A stretch of DNA of 64,000 nucleotides from Balanoglossus misakiensis (lineage: Eukaryota; Animalia; Hemichordata), in the NCBI GenBank assembly GCA_040954595.2, contig CM082585.2, positions 8,939,649-9,003,648 on the forward strand. Direction: 5' to 3'. Numbering within the stretch: position 1 is the stretch's first letter; the number at the start of each line of letters is the position of its first letter. This document shows positions 54,773-64,000 of this stretch, piece after piece. The notes under the pieces were generated by a model. The model did not search any database. It had not been told where the DNA came from and worked only from the letters and a program-made list of their open reading frames with translations. A program made the position numbers and the translations under genes.

Positions 54773-57700
54773 CAGCTACTGAACACTTTGAAACATTTCA
54801 CCGCACAGAGAACAGAGGAACACCAGTTGAACACATGTCTAGAGTGAAAGGGCTGTACCGACAAAATGTAAACTTTATCGCCCATTGCCAGGGCTCATTT
54901 TTGTGGCCATAACGAGGAGGAAATGTGCCAGTAAGATCCGTGTTGTGCGAGAGAAACATTATATTTTTTCGAAATTGGGTAATTTAAAACGACATCACAA
55001 CTTCGGCGGATGACAAAACTATCCACACGTGTCCTGTCGCGGGATTTTCCGGTTACAAATTTCAAAAAATTATTTACAAGTGAGTGCACAATTTTAATCG
55101 CAAATGGAAAAAATAGGCCAGCCGTGTTGTGGTCGGGGACAAGCCCGGTGTACACACTTCTGCGGGGAAGCCATTGTTCCATATTTTAATTCTGCATACA
55201 GTGTGATCTCGCAAAGCCAGGTATCTTTGTATTCGTCCAGCATTAAAACTGAGATGTGACCAGAAAATGAGTTTGTATATTACAATCCTCATTGTTTCAG
55301 ATGCTTAAAATAATTGTGGCAGTGCCTGTATGATTAAACACAAGTCACTTGTGTGGGTTTTATGTCCTCAAATTAGAAAGCTTGATTGTTAAGAGTTTTG
55401 TTGTAGTTAAACTGTGAAATGTACCGGTTTGGCAGCATTTCGCACTAAAGTATTCATTTAATGTGTTTAATGATAAATAGGAAACAAGTTTCCGTCTGAG
55501 TATGACCTCTGAATGAAATTTAATCGTGTCAATTGCACGTGGTAATTATCCTCGTATTTTAGAATATAATCACGCCTGTGTTTAATATGTTGACTAGGCA
55601 GTGGAAACAGTCGTGAGAAATGTGGCATAGAGGTCGCCCACTCTGCAGATGTGTTTGTGGCTCGGTTGTGTGATCGCAAAATGCGGAATTGCCTCAAGAT
55701 TATTTTCGCGCCTAAAAAGACTCCGACTCGCCATTTGTAGGTTACAATATGGACGTCACCCGGACTTTGCGATGGATGAGTGTTTCCCGCGTGAACGACA
55801 CCTCAAGTCAACGTGAAAGTGAAATTTAACTCAAATCGTACAATATACAAACGTTGGAATTGGCAACAGAATGATCAATTGACGACATGCAATGTGTCGG
55901 CAAATTAACTTTGATATAGAAAATGGCCAATCCTAACAAAATTGGGATTTTAGTAGAACACAACTGGTCATTATCGCCGTCGTGACCGCGCAATCTGCAA
56001 CATCGAAAAGAATCATCGAAACAATATTCTGTAGACATCTGTATGAACACAAATTGTCGTCTGGTCGCGTAAAGCTGGGCTTGCAGATTCTGGATTTTTT
56101 TTTCGCTGAATAATGACGTTGAAACTTAAGTTATCACCACGGGAGCATGAAAAGGGTATCTAAAATGACAGGAATTTTATTCCAATGAATATTGAGTTCA
56201 ACGTTCAAAAATGATCGTCGTGGGAGTGTGAAAAGTGAGAAAGGAAATGGCGGGAATTTCGTTTCGATGAATATTCGAAAACGTTGTCCTTGAGGCCAAC
56301 TCAAGTAACGGTTTTCATCCAACCCAGGACGCGGGAAACGCTATACCGTCATTTTATTCCACGCTTATATGCATCGCGAAGGACGTTTGTGAGCTAACGA
56401 CCGCATGTTTACAATTCGAACTTCAGACATTCCGCCAAATCTCTGAGAAAGAAATTAAAGCGGGGAATGTTGAGGTGGTGGGTGTATATCACTGCCCCTA
56501 CAGACACAGGGAAACCAGACTCGATATTTCAGCCCAGCCGTAAATAAGATACAAAGTTTCTTGCGTTTCAGTTTTGAATTTACCAATTCCCTCGGCGCTA
56601 AACACTCTTAACCCGATTCAAGAAGGCGGTTCCCATTAAAATCTAGATGTAGTGTTTCCTTATGTTTGGTTTAGCTCACGGTTTTGGTACTAATTTGTCG
56701 ATCAAGTTTTAATTGCTTTATTAGGAAGTTACTAACACGCCCTTGATAGTGGATTTTTGACATGACGATTAACTGACAGAATGGCATCACTAGAGTTTTT
56801 TTATAATTAAACAAATGTACTATATCATGAATTGTGGGTGGGAACATATTTAGTTGCCAAACAAACATTATGTGAAATTTACCCCGTGCCACAACTCATT
56901 AAAATTGTGCAAGATTTTAACAATTCAGGCGGTAAAATTGTGTGTCTTTAATAATTCATAATGTCAGCGCGATGTATATCTTGGGGGAGGGGGTACCAAT
57001 CCTTGGAGAAATAACGACGCCAAGCTCTCAAAATGGCGTTTTCTGGCGTCACTGTTTCTCTGGCTATGTTGTCACGGTGCACAGGTTGTCGACTTGATTT
57101 TAGCCGCCATTTTGAATGGACGTTTCTTGTTTGGTCATCTAGCTGCCATGTATGCCTTTGACGAAAGGTCACCGGGATGGCGGCTTCGGTCACTTGGGGC
57201 AGACTAGATCAATCAGAACGGCTCGGGGTTCGGCCGGCTTCTCGTATTTCCAATTAAATACGCGTAATTGCCTCAGAGTTGCACGCCAGATTCACACACA
57301 AAAGTCTGCGCGTTGGACGAGCAACACCCCGCGGCCAGGTTTCGTCTCCTCTGCCGTCCACAACACCCCGACAACTTTTCAAATCGCGCCAAAATGAGAG
57401 CAATTTTGGTAATTTCTCCCCAATACGCGCCGCGAGAGGACCCGCGCTGCGGGCTGCTCAGGAGGAGGCGCGTTTCGCGCCCTTTATTATCGTCTATTAT
57501 TTTCACATTTACATGAAATGACATTTAACAACGCTGATATCTATCATGATTCGACCTAAATGGTGACAAAAATCACCGGGATTCCTGCGGAGTTTAAGAA
57601 GAGCACCGAAGCAGATAGAGCTTGGAGCTTGGTCTAATCTTAAACATTTCCCCATTTACTATCATTTAGAACTTCTTCCGTCCATTTTTGCCCGGAAATG

Positions 57701-60700
57701 CCCGTGCCCTAACTGCAATTTTCTACAAAAAAAATTGCTCCCTTCCACAGCTTAACGGTAGGGATAAATAATGTACATTGTGAATGTTTTCGTAAAACGG
57801 CGAAATTTGGCCCAGTTTTTGCCGCGTTCGGTCTTTAAGCGCAGCGGTAACCTCTGAAAATTCGTCGGCACTCAGCTCACGACGAAACTGCAAACAAAGG
57901 GGAGAATGAAAAAAACGAAAGTGGACCGCTTTCTACGAAACATTTACACTTTGTCGGTATCGTTTGTTGAGTCTTGACGAGAATATGTTCTCGATGTATA
58001 AAAAAAGTCCTGCAATTTCACAAAGGGGTGAATACAGCAGCTCGGTATTAGCTCAGGATAGCGGAAATATCACGTGACACGCCCGCGTAGAACACCTGGT
58101 AAACGTTCAGGTGTTTTACATCAGTACGGAGACGTTTTCTGCCAACCAGAGAATGCCATGAGATCATCAACGTAGATGAAAAATAATTTCATCGTGCTGG
58201 CATAGTATACAATAGTGTCTGTGCCCTGTTTAAGCGCTTCCTTTATATGAGAACAAAACAAAAGAGGGGGAAATGACCGACCCTTATAGCACTTCTACAG
58301 TCAATGAAATTTTGTCACCCCATGGTGACGCAGATACGCAGAATACATGTATATGCCGGATATAACTTGATTGCATTTTTTTAAATGGAGCTTTACTTTC
58401 TCTGTCAGGTCCACTGAAACGATTGTTAATTTTTTATTCCGACAGAAATAAATTCCCCAAAAAATATCAAAAACTTTCTAAAAAAAACCCGGGTTATCCC
58501 CTTTAAAAAGTAACAAGAATCAACGAATTATAGCTTCGATTCTTTAGTTCACTCCATTCCCAAAATGGCCGTGTACTTCATGCGGAAAGCGTAGTCGAGC
58601 CAGAAACCTAATTAATTTTCAACCGCTTGTACTAATACAAATTGACTGGTGTAATTTACTTATCCTTCGCGTCCTTAGAGAAAGTTTTGGTCCCCTGCTT
58701 AAAGTGTCAGGGCGACCCTTGCCCTTTGACATGACCTCCCGTTACGCGAAAATAAAGAACGCTCCAGTAGCATTGCTTGTAGGGATGTCGTTTGGTCACA
58801 AAAACGCGGTTAAAAGTGGGATTGTCTGGCAGGAGTTAGTCAACTATAATATCTTGTTAGTTTTTTGCCAAAATGGCGTAAGTTTTAAGGTCAAGACTCA
58901 CTTGTTTGAGAAGAAACGGGCGATATTCTTGCGATGCACCTGTTGTTCACACGGTCTTGGGCTAATAACAAGCAGGACAGTGGTGTCCCAATTTTGTAAT
59001 TTTCTTATTTTGCTACCCGCTGGTTATAGACGTCAATCAAATTTGAATACAAGCTATGGTTACACGGTTTTCTATCACGTCTACAATATCAAATGTCCAA
59101 TTTCTTTCATCAGCTTTAAGTGTTTGCAGATTGACTTGCTATCTTTACCGTAATGTAATGATTTTCATTTATAGGCTCGCCATTTTATATTTAGATTATT
59201 AAACGGCCAACACTTCCACGGCTATTTGCACCGTTCCCATTCCAATGTCTTGATTCAATTTTCACCAGGATTGATTAAAATACAAGAGAAGCAAAAATTA
59301 GTTGTTCTGTTGACTAGATGAAACAGGTAGTGTAAGTCAACATGCGCGCGTAATTTCCCGCGTTGTACCATAAACTTTTCAAATTTACCATACTTATTTT
59401 TCATCTTGCAAAGCCTGATTTTTGCCTCCAATATGTCATACTTGAACTAATTCGGTAAATTATTCCAAAATGGTAAACATTCAACAACAAATTTTAGCGT
59501 GGTTTGCAGTTAGAGACGAGAGACAAACACCACTCAAGCCGGCTGCCGCCATGTTTGATACCGACATTGGAAAACAATACATTCAATATTTCCCTTTGTC
59601 GTGTGGAGCAAGTGGGATTCCCTAGCGCTGTGTGTCATCAACCCAGCTATCAATCAAACCATTTCACTCATCACATTGAGATCCCTACCGAGTGTTAACT
59701 AGATTGCCCGTGTTTATTTATTACTTGCCAGAGATGCCGTCAAAGTTTATTTGAAATGTAACTCGTGCTACTCAGCGAGCCCAGTATATCTCCGAGTGAT
59801 TTGTGTATCTTCCGCGGTGTACTATATCGTTTTATTTACGGGTCAGAGAATTTTGAGATCCGAGACTGGGGTTTCTGAGTATATAATAATGAAACCGTAG
59901 TGCCAGACGTCACTGTGGTTTTGATGACTCAAGAAATTGCCTCGAAATAGCCTGAGACTGGTGTATTCAGCTGCGGTGGTGTAGGCGAACGGCGATAACT
60001 TTTTTTTGGCGGGAGAAATGGTCGTTAATGAAGACGAAAATTGGGATATATCTTTTAATGGACATCCTATGGTCTTGCTTGCATTGTGTTGCGTCCTATC
60101 TGGCCGAGCATATCACTGCAAACCATGTGAGTCTGACATACATAAACAAACTTTTCTCGCCAAGTGATATATTATCCCAGGTCCATCACCATACAGACTT
60201 CATTATTAACTGGAATATTGTAAGCTGAGCCGTCTCCATAGCAAACAGGGATAGCAAAAGGTGAAAGGTCATTACACTCCACAATTATTACCAGATATTA
60301 GTTTAGGTGCGCGTCAAACACGGAGGCAAAACACGGAAAATGAGATTGTGGGGCTCGGCGCCACAGTCCTAGTCTACAATGTAAGCTGCACGTCGAATCT
60401 GATTCTCATACCGTGCCTGAAGAGTAACTGGTTGACTTTCTTTGGTGCCGCAAGACGCCGATGAAGAAACGAGAAACTTTTAAAGATCAGTTTCAGATTC
60501 GCCTGTTCTGAAACTCTTCTGCTTTTTGTTTCGCCGAAGATGGCGACCGGATTTAAATAATGTTGCTTCGTCATATTCATCTTGGCGAGAGACAGTTGGA
60601 TTGTGGTACTGTTTTGACAAGTGGGAGATCTTCCTCTCCCTTTCCTGTCCGGGTCGAATTACCGCCGGCGGATCACTGTGTCCTCGCTCTTTCTTCCGCC

Positions 60701-63700
60701 TCTTATACTTTAAAGGGGCGTCGTAAAAATAAAGGCGTGGAGGGGGCAGTGAAGCGACAATCACCATGGCAACGCTGTTACCTAACTCATCCCCCCTCTC
60801 AGCTGTGGAATTCGGCGAACGTAAACAAAGCTCATCTTGTTTCCGGTCAGTGGAGTAAATACAACGGAGAGCCAGAGATGGCAGACTGAGATAGCTCCAC
60901 TGGCTGTCGTGTAACGTTATTTTGACATAACTTGGTGTTAGGTGTTGGGGTGGAGCCATGCAGCTCTTCCCGCCGACACGACACCGGTCTTCGCGGCTGG
61001 ACGGTCAAACGCTGTGCGACTGAAGGATGGATTGATTTGTTTTGACAACCGTAGTAACAGTTTCCTTCCCTCGGCCAATAAGCGGAGATAAGTTTGACGA
61101 ATCCAGTTATTTTTGGTTATTACCCCCAGCGTAACCAATCACGCTAAAGTAACCAAATGCAAATTACTGGACGTTATTTCGTCATCTTTTGGCAAAGCAA
61201 CAGGGAAAAACCAGGAAGGTTAATACGGTTTTGACGCAATGCAGTAGTTTGCCGATTCGGAAGTTCTGTACAGACACAGACAAGAAACACGTCTTCAATA
61301 AAACTCGAATTACCAAAACCCGGCTCACTGAGCGTCGGTTGGTGTGTAAAACGTCCACCATTTCTAGCTCAAAAGTTATTGAAGTGGACTAAATTTGTCG
61401 GCGGCTGTTTTCTTTTGCAGCTTCCAGTCTCACGTCTTTCTGCTATGTTAAGCTGTATTCTTGGGTTACCGCCGCCCTTCGCAGATGGGCCCAGCTGTCA
61501 ATTACTCTAGTTTTTGCCCCCAGCGATAAATTTGATCCCGTCTCCAACAGTTTTTCTTACTCACTCGACAAAGCCATTCTTCGGCTAGGCTTGACACACT
61601 CTCATCGTTATTTACATTCTGCTCGCCGTCCACCGTCACAGAAAGGTTGTATCTATGATCGTTGGGTGAATCACATCCCACAGTTGATCGTCTGCTGTAA
61701 GCTTATAGCATGCATGGTGATATTTCGTGGAGTTTATTTCCAACCAGGGTGTGGGAGTGCACATTTTGTCGTCTGAGTTCAAAAACACTTATTTTTCTAT
61801 TGGAATTCGTCTTGATTGTCGTTCTCAATGACTTTATCAAAAAGTTTAATTTCTTGCGCATAGTGAGAACAAATTTCGATCAAAATAGTTCAAATGTGAA
61901 CTCCGTGGATAATCGGAATAGTATGTGAAAGAGCGCTCGTAAATTGTGCAACCGGCTCTAAAGCACCGCCCAAGGCTTAGGAAACAAGTCTCTACTTTTA
62001 GGATCAGATTTAAGAGTTTCTCTTTATCCTAAGTGGTGCAATATATCTCTCAAACCGGCTGTGGACAATAAGAAATGACGGACAAGGCCTCAGCTCATTG
62101 ACTGCATTCGAAACTATGACAGGACGTCCGGTAGAAACATCTCAAGATTCTCATAAGCATCGTTCAATCGATCGGCAAGTTAAACGACAGATCTAGATGT
62201 CGATAAAAAACATCAACCGGGCTCTCAAATTTATATCTCCGTTTTAACGTCACCGATTACTGTTTTTGCTCGGAGGGAGTGGTTCTTCGCGTTCGATTTG
62301 AAAACTGACCGATTGGGTCTAATGGCGAGCAGAACGTTAGATTTCATCAAACTCACAGTTGGAGGTTGGCTAAAAGCACCCCACTTTGTAAAACTGTCGA
62401 TATGTCTCGATTCTTGCTAGAATGCTGTAATATTAAAATGAACTCGCTGGTATAACAATAGTTAGCTGCAGTGTCGTAGTTCTCGAGGTTTGCTTTGAGT
62501 TGGTGTTTGGACGGCAAAACTAGATTTACCGTAGTGCTGCTATCATCAAATTGACATTAGATGATTTTTAGATTTTGCAAATCAACATTAAAAACTCCAT
62601 CTGTCAATTCGCTGAAACCCTGGAAAATACATGTCATATGAATTATGCATTCGCAGTCTGCAAGGGTTGTGAGGTCACAAGTTTTGTGAACGGGACGCAT
62701 GTCATTCCCTGTCAGTTCGTTTCAGACATTTGCCCGAGTGCCTGCCCTCTTTTGGAACCGTTCAAAACGAGCGTAAAAGTCAACAACGGGACGCTCGCCT
62801 CGATCGATCCACGCGTTTCCCGAACGCTGGAATACTCTAAAATGTCCAAAATGCAAATATTGACTCCGAAGCGGCCCACGTAACATTATCGCGTACTCAT
62901 CTTTCCGATAATATAATAGAAATTCTGCGTTCACACCAACCGTTACAAATTCCAAAGGCCCGGCAATGAAGCGATGTTTGAAAGGTACCATAAAAACAAT
63001 CACACAATGGCCCCCGAACGCCAGAGAAAATATTATTTCTATAAACACGGGTATATCCAGGTCTTGTTAGGGAATACGTCTTATTGACATTCTTTCATCC
63101 TCGGTTGGGAATTTTAGACTAACAGAGGATTTTCCACAGATTAGGCGGGAAAGTCTGAGATTCTCTCGGCGAGAATGCGTTTTATGGAACGTTCGGCAGC
63201 AAAGTGCGTGCGAACGTTTATCCTCCATTGTTGTTTTCTAAAACAGAGTGAATATTAAAATTAGATTTAAATTGGGTTGACAATAATGTATCGTCTCGTT
63301 TAAGTGTTTAACTAAATGAGCCTTGAAGTTAAAACGGAATTTTTCTGTCAAATTCTGCACGACTTTCACGAGAAAATTCAGCGCCGCAAAAAAGTAACCG
63401 TTCAACACTACACTTAGAAAATTAACCCTTTTTCAGTGACTTAAAATGGCCGACACATCGACATGGGCAATAATTCACACGTTCACTGTCGGGGGGTTTA
63501 ATTAGTGTGTTTATTGTGGGCGGGAAAAGATCCCGGGGAGGCTGGGAATCGAGGCTAACCCATGGCGCGAACATACAGTTCGGTAAATCACGCAAACGCC
63601 GCGGTGCTTGCGAAATGCGGCCATACAGCTCTCGGTACAACAAACCCAGCGGAGAACTGGAGACGTGTTGCTAAAGTTATCGTTTTCTGGGGTGTTTCAA

Positions 63701-64000
63701 TCAAAAGTCAGTTCCAGTAAAGCAACCACCTGATATGTAAAAACAGTCGCATTTTCAGGAGAGAAAAAATCAGAGAAGTCAGTCAGTACCTTAATCACAA
63801 CTCCACGTCGCGTAAACTAACTAACGACAGCATTGGTAAGATTGTTGAAAATAACCACAAAATCTGGTGAAATTTCACTTAAAAATCCGACAATCTCGAC
63901 CTGTCAAATTAACTATATAATTACACACTGGAAAGAATTTTACTTCAAAATTTGATTTAAAAGAACATAAATTTCGTCCACGAACAACCACTGTCTGATC

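Noticed and set aside
54534-54912. Poly-His and poly-Ser ORFs
   Set aside because: They are translations of the (CAT)n/(TCAT)n microsatellite; there is no other coding signal
58038-58075. tRNA/SINE-like GGTATTAGCTCAGGATAG
   Set aside because: Only an A-box-like piece; no B box and no cloverleaf

Overview
This is animal (metazoan) genomic DNA, and four intact spliced protein-coding genes can be assembled by hand with GT-AG junctions and continuous reading frames. (1) TBL1X/TBL1XR1 (ebi) on +, 12 coding exons, 509 aa. (2) A compact jitterbug/FLN-2-type filamin on -, 18 exons, 1068 aa, with three CH domains, only 7 Ig repeats and a candidate 30-nt cassette microexon. (3, 4) A head-to-tail tandem pair of CD38/BST1-family ADP-ribosyl cyclases on -. 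Both keep the catalytic Glu and 10 cysteines but have a remodelled TLEDTL signature, and they differ in predicted membrane anchor and by one intron. A solitary U5 snRNA gene with PSE, octamer+SPH distal element and a weak 3' box lies between the convergent TBL1X and filamin 3' ends. Also present: a 6 x 182-bp intronic tandem repeat, a MITE and a foldback element, microsatellites, RFX- and CTCF-like motifs, and about 17 kb of CpG-rich sequence (47-64 kb) with no recognisable coding exon. A jitterbug-type filamin together with ADP-ribosyl cyclases suggests a non-vertebrate animal such as an invertebrate deuterostome or lophotrochozoan; this is inference and the species cannot be determined from the window. 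Most ORFs in the supplied track are spurious or are exon fragments.
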